A stretch of 64,000 bases of DNA from contig CAVPSB010000020.1 in NCBI GenBank assembly GCA_963708025.1, forward strand, positions 1-64,000, given 5' to 3'. Each line of letters opens with the position of its first letter. Positions within the stretch are counted from its first letter, which is position 1. Shown here piece by piece: positions 8,519 through 17,896 of this stretch. Source of the stretch: an uncultured Candidatus Rokubacteria bacterium. GTDB lineage: Bacteria; Methylomirabilota; Methylomirabilia; Rokubacteriales; DASRDR01. The position numbers and the translations under genes are program-made. The notes below the pieces were generated by a model, which was not told the DNA's origin, ran no database searches, and was given only the letters and a program-made list of their open reading frames with translations.

Positions 8519-10327
8519 TTAGGAGCGGCCCAGCTCCGGACCCCGGTCGAACGTCCAGCCGATCGGGCCGCGCGTCTGGAGAAGCTGCGCCCGCAGGCGG
8601 GCGGTCGCCTCGCCATCGACGGTGCGGGTGACCTCGTCGACGACCACGCCGTAGTCGTCCCGGGCGGCGGTCCGCGAGACCTTCTGGCCCAGCACGTCGT
8701 CCAGCACCAGCGCCGGGTCGCGCTCCAGCGGGTCACCGTAGCCCCCGCCGCCTCCGCTGGCGACGTGGAGCTGGTCGCCTTCCCGCAGCACCAGCACGAC
8801 CTTGGAAGACAGCTCGACCCGATCACCGCTGGCGCGGATCACGACCGAGCGCCACCGCTCCCCAGGCTGGCCGCCCAGCAGACCCCACGGCGGGGTGCCG
8901 AAGCGGTCACCACGGTGGGAGATGGTGGCCTCCCCCCGCATGACCTGGATCACCTGCTCGACACCCAATCCCCCCCGAAACTTCCCGGGCCCGCCCGAGT
9001 CCTCGCGCAGCCGGTACTTCAGCACGCGGATCGGGAAGTCGGCCTCGGCCGCCTCCGCCGGGTTGTTCTTGGTGTTGGTGATGTCGGTCTCGATGGCGTC
9101 GATTCCATCCTTGGTCGGACGGGCCCCCATCCCTCCCACCACGATGCGGGCGGACACGTAGGGCTGGGCCGTCAGCGGATCCCGTCCGCCGAAGTAGATC
9201 GCGCAGTGCTGGCCCGACGCCGCGGGGATCCGATCCGGCACGGCCTGGACCAGGGCTCCGAACAGGACGTCGCTGAGCCGCTTCATCGTGAGCGCCCGCG
9301 CGTTGACGGCGGACGGAGGATCGCAGTTCAGCACGCTGGCCTTCGGGAGCCGCACCGTGATCGGCCGGTAGCACCCCGCGTTGCTGGGCACGCTCGGATC
9401 CGCCATGGCCGTGACGACGTAGTAGACGACGGCCAGCGTCGAGGACGGCACGCAGTTCATCGGCCCTCGCACCTGGGGGCTGGTACCGTCGAACTCGACC
9501 AGCAGCTCGGACCCCTGGATGGTGACGGCGGCCTCGATGCGGACGCGCCGGTCGAGATCCACGCCGTCGTCGTCGAGAAAGTCGTGGAAGCGGTAGGTCC
9601 CGTCGGGAAGGCTCCGGATCGCCTCCCGGATCATCGTCTCCGCACGGTCGAACAGCTCGGCCTTGGCCTGCAGGACCACGGCCGTCCCGTATTCCCGCAT
9701 CAGCGCGGAGAGGCGCGCCCCGCCCACGTGGCCGCACGCGATCTGGCCTCGCAGGTCGCCGACCACGACGTCGGGGATCCGCACGTTTCGCCGCAGCATC
9801 CGGAAGAACGTGTCGTTGGGCTGGCCGGCGGAGTAGAGCTTCAGGGGCGGGATGATGAGGCCTTCCTGGTAGATCTCGGTGGAGTCGGTCGGGCAGCTTC
9901 CCGGCACCTTGCCGCCGAGATCCTGATGGTGCGACATGCTGCAGGCGAGGGCCACCGTCTCGCCCTCGACGATCACCGGCACGATCACCGTGATGTCGGG
10001 GAGATGGGTGCCGCCGTCGAACGGGTCGTTCATGATGTAGGCGTCCCCGTCGCGCATGGTCGCCGCCGGGAACTCCACCAGGAGCCGCTTCACCGAGGCG
10101 ACCAGCATGCCCAGGTGCGCCGGCTGTGCCGTGGCCTGGGCGATGGTGTCGCCCTCGGCGTCCATGATCGCCGAGGAGGCATCGAAGGATTCCTTGACGA
10201 TGCTGGAGTAGGAGCTGCGGATCAGCACGTCCTGCATCTCCTCGGCGATCGCCTCCAGCCGGTTGCGCAGGACCTCCAGGGTGATCGGATCGGTTCGCAT
10301 GGCGGTCTCGACGTGTGTCAGGGTCAC
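8519..10327 (-). CDS. hydantoinase B/5-oxoprolinase family protein
   Basis: DPITLEVLRNRL, NDPFDGGTHLPD, HHQDLGG, DSGGPGKFRGGLG, GGGGGYGDPLERDP; start at GTG 10327 or ATG 10300. Confidence 0.9.
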   Translation of the reverse strand: MTLTHVETAMRTDPITLEVLRNRLEAIAEEMQDVLIRSSYSSIVKESFDASSAIMDAEGDTIAQATAQPAHLGMLVASVKRLLVEFPAATMRDGDAYIMNDPFDGGTHLPDITVIVPVIVEGETVALACSMSHHQDLGGKVPGSCPTDSTEIYQEGLIIPPLKLYSAGQPNDTFFRMLRRNVRIPDVVVGDLRGQIACGHVGGARLSALMREYGTAVVLQAKAELFDRAETMIREAIRSLPDGTYRFHDFLDDDGVDLDRRVRIEAAVTIQGSELLVEFDGTSPQVRGPMNCVPSSTLAVVYYVVTAMADPSVPSNAGCYRPITVRLPKASVLNCDPPSAVNARALTMKRLSDVLFGALVQAVPDRIPAASGQHCAIYFGGRDPLTAQPYVSARIVVGGMGARPTKDGIDAIETDITNTKNNPAEAAEADFPIRVLKYRLREDSGGPGKFRGGLGVEQVIQVMRGEATISHRGDRFGTPPWGLLGGQPGERWRSVVIRASGDRVELSSKVVLVLREGDQLHVASGGGGGYGDPLERDPALVLDDVLGQKVSRTAARDDYGVVVDEVTRTVDGEATARLRAQLLQTRGPIGWTFDRGPELGRS

Positions 10328-12388
10328 GATCCCCCCGAGGCCTCGAGCGTGATGATGAGGTTCTGGCATTCGTCCAGCCGGGCGCTCTGGCCGGGGCCGA
10401 TCACGGTCGTCGTGTCGGCCTGCTCCACGATCGCCGGCCCTGCGATCGGCACGCCAGTCGGGATGCGTGCCCGGTCGAGGATCGGGGTGGGCAGCGCCTG
10501 CGAGGCTCCGGGGAAGACGACCGGCCGCGTCGACCGCACCGCGTCCTCGAGCCGGCCGCCGCGGGCGAGGGGAGCCAGCCGGGGAGGCGAAAAACCCAGC
10601 GCGCACACGCAGCGGAGGTTCACGAACTCCACCGGCTCGGCGGTGCTGGCGTGCCCGTACACGCGCCGGTGCAGGTCGTGGAAGTCCGCCATCACCAGCC
10701 CGATGGTGTCCGGTCCCAGCACCGCCGGCAGCGGCACCTCCAGCTCGTACGACTGGCCGACGTAGCGCATGTCGGCGAACTGGCCGACCGTCACCTGGTC
10801 CATCGGGGCGCGGTCCGCGCGGAGCTTCTCCATGCCGAGGCCGGCCAGCTCGGACAGGATGCTGCCCGCCCGGCCGAAGTCGACCGTCTCGGCCCGGCCC
10901 CGGAACGTCCGGGAGTGGTCGTACTCGACGCTGGCCACCAGCAGGCCGAAGGCGGAGAGCACGCCGGGGGCCTCCGGCACGATGATCGTCGAGATGCCCA
11001 GCTCCCGGGCCAGGGCGCCGGCGTGGACCGGCCCGGCCCCGCCGAACGCGACCAGGCTGAACTGCCGCGGGTCGAGGCCGCGCTGGACCGAGACGAGCCG
11101 GATGGCGTCGGCCATCCGCGCGTTGATGATCCGGAAGATGCCCTCGGCCGTCTCCCGCACGCCCTTGCCGATGGCGCCGGCCACGCGGCTGACGGCGGCC
11201 TCGGCGAGGTCGACCCGGAGCTGGACGTCGCCGCCGGCGAAGAAGCTCGGGTTCAGGTAGCCGAGGAGCAGGGTGGCGTCGGTGACCGTCGGGGTCCTGC
11301 CCGCCCTTGCCGTAGCAGGCCGGGCCCGGGTCGGCGCCCGCGCTCCGGGGCCCCACCCGGAGGCCGCCGCCGGCGTCCAGCCAGGCGATGCTGCCGCCGC
11401 CGGCGCCGATCGTGGTCACGTCGATCAGCGGCACGCGCATCGGGTAGCTGCCGATCCGCCCCTGGGTCGAGAGGAGCGGCTTGCCCTCCCGCACCAGCGC
11501 GACGTCGCAGCTCGTTCCCCCGATGTCGATGGTGATCAGGTTCTTGTGGCCGGAGCGCTCGCCGGCGAACTTCCCCCCGATCACGCCGGCCGCTGGCCCC
11601 GACAGCACGGTGGTGACCGGCTTGGCGATGGCGGACTGGCTGGACGAGATGCCGCCCCGCGACTGCATGATCTGGAGGTCGACGACGATCCCCATCTGGC
11701 GAAGGGCCTGGCCGAGCGCCGTCAGGTACCGGCTCATGACCGGCCGGACGTAGGCGTCGAACGCGGTGAGGCAGGTGCGCTCGTACTCGCGGAAGGTCGG
11801 GTCGACGTCGCTCGACAGCGAGACCGTCATCCCCGGCGCCACCTCGGCGATGATCTCCCGGGTCCGCGCCTCGTGGCGCGGGTTGACGAACGAGAACAGG
11901 TAGGCGACCGCCAGCGCCTCCACGTGCTCCTGGTCGACCAGCATCCGCACCGCGGCCCGGACCTCGTCCTCGTCCAGCGGCACCACCACCGCTCCGGTGG
12001 CGTCGATCCGCTCGGTGATGCCGATCCGCCGGCGGCGCGGGGCCAGGAACACCGGCGTCTGGGCGTCGAGGAACAGGTCGTACATCTTCGCCCGGTTCTG
12101 CCGCCCGATCTCCAGGATGTCCTCGAAGCCGGCGGTGGCCAGGAGGCCGAGCCGGGCGCCCTTCTGCTCCAGGATGGCGTTGGTGGCGATGGTGGTGCCG
12201 TGGATGAAGCGGGTGATCTCCGCGGGCGCCTGCCCGCTCACCTCGAGGAGTCGCTCGACGCCGCGCCGCACCCCCTGGATGAGGTCGGACGGCGTCGAGG
12301 ACACCTTGGCGAAGTACACGGTCTCCTCGCCCTCGAGGCCGACCACGTCGGTGAACGTCCCGCCGATGTCGACGCCGACGCTCAGCAT
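10324..12388 (-). CDS. hydantoinase A/oxoprolinase family protein with one frameshift near 11291 (probable sequencing error)
   Basis: GVDIGGTFTD, HGTTIATNA, DIGGTSCD, IGAGGGSIA, SAGADPGPACYG. An extra base at the GGGG run breaks DPTVTDA; the C-terminus (AFGGAGPVH, DMRYVGQSYEL) is in another frame. Confidence 0.85.
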
Positions 12389-12428
12389 GGTCGGTCTCCG
12401 GTCGGCCTCTCGGGCGAGGACACCCCGC

Positions 12429-14009
12429 CTACTCCTTCCAGAGGTAGTAGTAGTTGATGGCGCCGTAGCCGTACGGCGGATGGAAGACGTAGCCCTTCAC
12501 GTTGCTGCGGAGCAGGTGGTTCGACGTCGCCACCAGCGTGTTGATGCCGGGCGAGGCTTCCTGGAGGAGCCCCTGGACGCGCTTGTAGAGCTTGACTCGC
12601 TCCTCGCGGTTGGTCTCGTAGCGGGCGCGCTCCAGCAGGGCGTCCACCTCGGGGTTCCCGAACCCGTAGTTCGACCAGTGGGTCGACTTGGAGTGGAACG
12701 TCTTGTACAGGGTCGAGTCGGGGTCGGCGGTGTCGGCGTCGGCGGAGTAGAACGCCAGGTGCGGCCGGCGCGCCGCGTTGGTGAACAGGTCCATCATGGT
12801 GGCCCACGGCGGGCCCTGGATCTTCAGCTCGATGCCGAGCTGGCGGAGGTTGGCCGCGAACATCTCCGACGACTGCCGCTGGAAGTCCCAGATGTTGGTG
12901 TAGGCCAGGGACAGCTCGAACCCGCCCTTCGGGAAGCCAGCCTCGGTCAGGAGCTGGCGGGCCATGTTGAGGTCCATCTTCTCCACCGGGCTGTCGTCGT
13001 GGGTGTAGAAGCCCGGCGGCAGGTAGCCGCGGGCGGCGGCGCCGCGGCCGAGCATCACGTCGTTGAGCATCGGCGCGTAGGGGTACGCGTAGCGCAGGGC
13101 GCGGCGCACCTTGACGTTGTCCAGCGGCGCCTTGTTGGTGTTCATCATCAGCCAGAAGATGCCCCAGGTCGGCTCCTTGGTCGCGTGGAACTCCTTCTTC
13201 TTCTCCATCTCGCGGAAGTCGCCGGGCAGGATGGTGTCGGCCCAGTCCCCCTGACCGCCGTCCATCATGATTCGCTGGGTGGCCGACTCCGCCACCAGCT
13301 TCAGGACGACCCGGTCGATCCGCTTCTCGCGCCACCCCCGCCAGTACCCCTCGAACCGGTCGAGGACGATCTGCTGGCCGACCTTGAAGTCGGACAGCTT
13401 GTAGGGACCGGTGCCGTCGGCCTGGGTGGTGAACCAGCCCTGGGCGAGGTCCCCGTCCTTCTCGTGGGTCTTCACCGCCTTGGCGCTGACGATGTTGATC
13501 AGCGGCAGGCCGAGCATGAACGGCGGGTAGGGGCGGCTGAGGACGACCTGCACGGTCATGGGATCGACGATCCGGACCTCCTTGACCGGGTCGAGCACCC
13601 ACGAGTGGCCGAGCTTGATCTGGCGCATCCGGTCCAGCGACACCTTCACGTCGTCGGCCGAGAGGGTCGACCCGTCGTGGAACTTCACGTTCTCCCGCAG
13701 GCTGAAGGTGTAGGTCTGCTGGTCGTCCGAGAGCTTCCAGCTCCTGGCGAGAACGCCCTCCAGGTTCGGGATGTCGGCCGTGCCCTGCTTGTGGTCGATC
13801 AGCGGCTCGTAGGTCCCCACGAACACCTTGCGGGTCGGGTTGTCTGACCCCTTGGCCGGATCCAGGCTCCGCGGCTGGTTCCGGGTCAAGACCAGCAGCG
13901 TGCTCGGCTCCTTCTGCGCCTGGACCGGCCCGGCGCCGCCGCCGATGACCGCCCACCCGAGCGCCACCGCCAGCACCATCCTCCACCTCTGGCAACTCCA
14001 TGACGACAT
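12429..14009 (-). CDS. peptide/nickel (Dpp/Opp family 5) ABC substrate-binding protein
   Basis: Signal peptide, SLDPA, YTFSLRENVKFHDGS, GTGPYKL, VRRAL. Confidence 0.9.
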   Translation of the reverse strand: MSSWSCQRWRMVLAVALGWAVIGGGAGPVQAQKEPSTLLVLTRNQPRSLDPAKGSDNPTRKVFVGTYEPLIDHKQGTADIPNLEGVLARSWKLSDDQQTYTFSLRENVKFHDGSTLSADDVKVSLDRMRQIKLGHSWVLDPVKEVRIVDPMTVQVVLSRPYPPFMLGLPLINIVSAKAVKTHEKDGDLAQGWFTTQADGTGPYKLSDFKVGQQIVLDRFEGYWRGWREKRIDRVVLKLVAESATQRIMMDGGQGDWADTILPGDFREMEKKKEFHATKEPTWGIFWLMMNTNKAPLDNVKVRRALRYAYPYAPMLNDVMLGRGAAARGYLPPGFYTHDDSPVEKMDLNMARQLLTEAGFPKGGFELSLAYTNIWDFQRQSSEMFAANLRQLGIELKIQGPPWATMMDLFTNAARRPHLAFYSADADTADPDSTLYKTFHSKSTHWSNYGFGNPEVDALLERARYETNREERVKLYKRVQGLLQEASPGINTLVATSNHLLRSNVKGYVFHPPYGYGAINYYYLWKE

Positions 14010-14089
14010 CGCCCCCTCCTTCGGCCTCACGGCCGTGCGGCGCCGCGGCACCCGCCGGGGGGGCGGGGCCGGGGCTGAGATTGAACGGG

Positions 14090-15037
14090 TCACTCCCCCT
14101 CCGGATAGATCGCGTCCTGGATCGCGTCGCCGGCGACCGTGAAGACGAGCACGGTCGCGAAGATCACCGATCCCGAGATGGCCGGATACCACCACGCCTC
14201 GGTCAGGAAGCGCCGGGCCGTGGAGACCATCAGGCCCCACTCCGGCGACGGCGGCTGGGCGCCCAGCCCGATGAAGCCGAGGGCTGCGCTCATCAGGATG
14301 GCGTTGCCGCCGGTGAGCGTGATCCGGACCAGCACCGGGTCGACCGAGTTCGGCGCGATGTGCCGCCACAGCATGCGCAGGTGGGACGATCCCGCGGCCT
14401 GGCTGGCCTCGATGAACGGCTCGTTCTTCACGGCCAGGACCTGGCCCCGCATCAGGCGGGCATAGCTCGGCCACCACACGAGGCCCAGCGCGATGGCGGC
14501 GTTCTCCACGCTCGGGCCCAGGGAGGCCGACAGGGCCATGGCCAGGATGAGCGGCGGGAACGCGAGGAAGATGTCGGTGACCCGCATGGTGAGCTGGTCC
14601 CACTGGCCACCCACGTAGCCGGCGAGGGCCCCGGTGGTCACGCCGATGGAGACCGAGATGGCCACGACGATCACCGCGATCCGGATCGAGATGCGGCCGC
14701 CGTACAGGATGCGGGAGAAGACGTCGCGCCCGAGGTCGTCGGTCCCGAACCAGTGCGCGCGGGACGGCGCCAGCAACCGCTTGGCGGGATCAAGGTCGAG
14801 GGGATCGTAGGGCGCCAGCGCCGGGGCCAGGATCGAGAGGATGACGATCGCCCCGCCCACGGCGATCATCGCCATGCCGTACCGGTCGCGAAGCAGTCGG
14901 CGGAGCTTCTCCTGGAGGAGCGTGCGGCCGCCGGCCTCCGCGGAGACCTTCCGCGGCCGCAGGCGTCGCAGGAGCCCGCGCCGGCGCGGACTCGGCCCGG
15001 CCTCCGGGCGGGCCACCGTGGCCAAGGGCGCCGTCAT
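14090..15037 (-). CDS. peptide ABC permease, DppC-like
   Basis: HWFGTDDLGRDVFSRILYGGRIS, GLGAQPPSPEWG. Confidence 0.9.
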   Translation of the reverse strand: MTAPLATVARPEAGPSPRRRGLLRRLRPRKVSAEAGGRTLLQEKLRRLLRDRYGMAMIAVGGAIVILSILAPALAPYDPLDLDPAKRLLAPSRAHWFGTDDLGRDVFSRILYGGRISIRIAVIVVAISVSIGVTTGALAGYVGGQWDQLTMRVTDIFLAFPPLILAMALSASLGPSVENAAIALGLVWWPSYARLMRGQVLAVKNEPFIEASQAAGSSHLRMLWRHIAPNSVDPVLVRITLTGGNAILMSAALGFIGLGAQPPSPEWGLMVSTARRFLTEAWWYPAISGSVIFATVLVFTVAGDAIQDAIYPEGE

Positions 15038-15062
15038 CGGTGGCCTCCTCGATGATCGGCGG

Positions 15063-15243
15063 GTGCGGGTCCAACTGACGAGCCTAGCGAGGACGCAGGG
15101 AGCCGGGGCGCCGAGGCGTATGCCACATACGCCCATCGGGTCGCGACGCCTCGGACCTGCGGCCCTCGGGACGTCGCTCCCTGCGGGGATGCGCTCCGGC
15201 GACCGAGGACGACGTTAGGCGAAGTCAGTTGGGCCCGCACTAG
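15063..15243. repeat. about 180 bp inverted-repeat-bounded REP/MITE-like element between the dppB-like and dppC-like genes
   Basis: Imperfect terminal IR GTGCGGGTCCAACTGAC..GCCTAGCG / CGTTAGGC..GTCAGTTGGGCCCGCAC(TAG); central hairpin GGCGTATG-CCA-CATACGCC. Confidence 0.65.
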
Positions 15244-16253
15244 TAGCGGATCCGTGGATCGACCAGGGCATAGCTCAGGTCGACCACGAGGTTGATCAGC
15301 ACGAAGATGAAGGCGATGACCAGGGTGGCCCCCATGATCGCCTTGAAGTCCAGGAAGCCGATGGCCTCCACCGCGTACAGGCCCAGACCGGGCCACGAGA
15401 AGACGACCTCGACCAGCACCGAGCTGGAGAAGAGGTACCCGGTCTGGAGGCCGGCGATGGTGATGATGGGGATGGCGGCGTTCTTGAGCACGTGGCGGAA
15501 GATGACCGCCCGGCCGCCGAGGCCCTTGGCCCGCGCGGTGCGCACGAAGTCCCGGGCCAGCACGTTCAGGACGCTCTTGCGGGTGATGCGCGTGAGGTTG
15601 GCCAGGAGCCCGAGGCTCAGCGTCACCGCCGGGAGCACCAGGTGGAGCAGCGCCGTCTTGAGGGCCGGCAGGTTCCCGGCGAGCAGCGCGTCCACCACGT
15701 AGAGCCCGGTCACCGACTCGGGCGGCGTCCCGATGATGGTGAACCGGCCGCCGGCCGGGAGGAGCCGGAAGTAGAGGAAGAAGAGGACCTGGAGCAGGAG
15801 AGCCAGCCAGAACGCGGGCAGGGCGGTGCCGGCGATGGCCAGCGTCTGGAGCACGCGGTCGAGCAGGCTGCCGCGGAAGATGGCGGCCAGGATGCCCATC
15901 GGGATGCCGAGGCACACCGCCAGCACCATGCTGGCCGCGACCAGCTCCAGGGTGGCCGGCAGGTGATCCTTGATCTCGTCCAGCACCGGCCGCTGCGAGC
16001 GGCCGGCGATGCCCCAGTCTCCGTGGGCCAGGCTCGTCATGTAGCCAAAATACTGCACGTGGAGGGGCCGATCGAGCCCCATCCGGCGGCGCATCTCCTG
16101 CACCTGCTCCTCCCGGGCCTCGAGGCCGGCGGCGGCCCGGGCCGGGTCGGCCGGGATCACGTTGGTCATGGCGAACGTGAGGAGCGTGATCCCGGCGACC
16201 AGGAAGGCGGTCCAGAAAAGACGCTGGACGACGTAGACGAGGAGTCTGCCCAA
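15240..16253 (-). CDS. peptide ABC permease, DppB-like
   Basis: IPADPA, GLDRPLHVQY, RTARAKGL EAA loop, VDPRIRY. Confidence 0.9.
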   Translation of the reverse strand: MGRLLVYVVQRLFWTAFLVAGITLLTFAMTNVIPADPARAAAGLEAREEQVQEMRRRMGLDRPLHVQYFGYMTSLAHGDWGIAGRSQRPVLDEIKDHLPATLELVAASMVLAVCLGIPMGILAAIFRGSLLDRVLQTLAIAGTALPAFWLALLLQVLFFLYFRLLPAGGRFTIIGTPPESVTGLYVVDALLAGNLPALKTALLHLVLPAVTLSLGLLANLTRITRKSVLNVLARDFVRTARAKGLGGRAVIFRHVLKNAAIPIITIAGLQTGYLFSSSVLVEVVFSWPGLGLYAVEAIGFLDFKAIMGATLVIAFIFVLINLVVDLSYALVDPRIRY

Positions 16254-16263
16254 GCCGGCGCCG

Positions 16264-17823
16264 TCACTCGATCCAGAGGTTGTAGTAGGCGATCGCCCCC
16301 CAGGCGTACGGCGGATGGAACTTGTAGCCCTTGACGTTGCCGCGGAGCAGGTGGCTGGTCTGCTGCACGAAGGAGGGGATCGCCGGCGAGGCCTCCTGCA
16401 GCATGGCCTGGGCCTGCTTGTACAGCTCCGCCCGGCGCTCCGGCTTCAGCTCGTAGCGGGCTTTCTCCAGGACGTCGTCGATCTTGGGATCGCCGAAGCC
16501 GAAGTTGGCCCAGTAGCGCGACTTCGACTGGAAGGTCCGGTACAGGAACGAGTCCGGATCGGCGGTGTCGGGGTCCGCCGACGAGTAGAACATGTGCGGC
16601 CGCTGGGCCGCGTCGGAGGCGTGCTGGAACATGGTCGCGAACGTCACGCCCTGGATCTTGACGTCGATGCCGAGGGGTCGCAGGCTGCCGGCCATCAGCT
16701 CCACCGCCTGCCGCTGGAAGTCGAGCCCGAAGGAGTACTCGATGGTGATCTGGGTGCCGGGGGCGACCCCGGCCTCGGCCAGGAGCTTCCGGGCCGCCTG
16801 GCCGTCGGTCTTCTCCGGCGGACCCTCCTGGGTGAGGTACCCGGGCGGCAGGTAGCCCTGGGGCAGCGTCCCCCGCCCGCGCATCACGTCCTTGATCATC
16901 TGCTCGTAGGGGAAGGCCAGGCGCATCGCCTTCCGCACGCGCGGGTCGTCGAGCGGGGCCCTCTTGGTGTTCATCCAGAAGAACTGGATGCCGAAGGTGG
17001 CCTCGTTGGTCACCACGAAGTCCTTGCGCTGGACGAAGCTGTCCAGGTCGCCCGGGGAGATCGTGTCGGCCCAGTGGCCCTGGCCGCCCTCCATCAGGAT
17101 CTTCTGCGTGGCCGGCTCCGCCACCAGCTTGAGGATGACCCGGTCCAGGTGCTTGGCCGGCCACCCGCGCCAGTAGGCGTCGAAGCGGTCCATCGCGATC
17201 TGCTCGCCGACCTTGAACTCCTTCAGCCGGAAGGGCCCGGTGCCCGCCTCGTTCTGGGTGAGCCAGGCCTGGGCGAGGTCGTCACCCTTCTGGTTCTTCT
17301 TCACCGCCTGGGAGCTGACGATGAAGACGACCGGCAGGCCCAGGAGGAATGGGGGGTAGGGCCGGCTGAGCACCAGCTCCACGGTCATCGGGTTGACGAC
17401 GCGGATCTCCTTCACCGGGTCGAGGGCCCACGAGCGGCCGAGCCCGATCTTCTTCATCCGCTCCAGCGAGACCTTCACGTCCTCGGCGCTGAGGGTGGAG
17501 CCGTCGTGGAACTTCACGTTCTCGCGCAGGGTGAACGCGTACGTCAACCCGTCGGGCGAGACCTTCCAGCTCTTGGCCAGGGCTCCCTCGAGGTTGGTCG
17601 CGTCGGCGGTGCCGAGCTTGTGGTCGATCAGCGGCTCGTACACGCCGGCGTGGATCTTCCGCGTGGGGTTGTCCGCCCCCACGGCCGGATCGATGTTCCG
17701 GGGCTGGTTGCGGGTCAGGATCAGGAACACGCTCTCCTCTGCCGCCGCCGACCCGGGTGCGCCCAGGAGCCACGCGGTCGCGCACAGGAGGACGACCAGC
17801 ATCGCGCTACCCACCCGTCGCAT
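16264..17823 (-). CDS. peptide ABC substrate-binding protein, paralog of 12429-14009
   Basis: LTRNQPRNIDPA..DNPTRK, FTLRENVKFHDGS, GTGPF; closely similar to the other binding protein. Confidence 0.9.
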   Translation of the reverse strand: MRRVGSAMLVVLLCATAWLLGAPGSAAAEESVFLILTRNQPRNIDPAVGADNPTRKIHAGVYEPLIDHKLGTADATNLEGALAKSWKVSPDGLTYAFTLRENVKFHDGSTLSAEDVKVSLERMKKIGLGRSWALDPVKEIRVVNPMTVELVLSRPYPPFLLGLPVVFIVSSQAVKKNQKGDDLAQAWLTQNEAGTGPFRLKEFKVGEQIAMDRFDAYWRGWPAKHLDRVILKLVAEPATQKILMEGGQGHWADTISPGDLDSFVQRKDFVVTNEATFGIQFFWMNTKRAPLDDPRVRKAMRLAFPYEQMIKDVMRGRGTLPQGYLPPGYLTQEGPPEKTDGQAARKLLAEAGVAPGTQITIEYSFGLDFQRQAVELMAGSLRPLGIDVKIQGVTFATMFQHASDAAQRPHMFYSSADPDTADPDSFLYRTFQSKSRYWANFGFGDPKIDDVLEKARYELKPERRAELYKQAQAMLQEASPAIPSFVQQTSHLLRGNVKGYKFHPPYAWGAIAYYNLWIE

Positions 17824-17896
17824 CAGAGGCCTCCTCTCCGCTTCGTCTGCGATCGACCTGGCCGGCCCCCGGGCCGGCCTCGAGCCTCCAGGTCCA

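Noticed and set aside
8519..12388. 1289 aa fused hydantoinase A-B (eukaryote-like oxoprolinase)
   Set aside because: Artefact of a +1 indel near 11291. The middle of the ORF is out-of-frame nonsense and the true hydA C-terminus ends at 10324.
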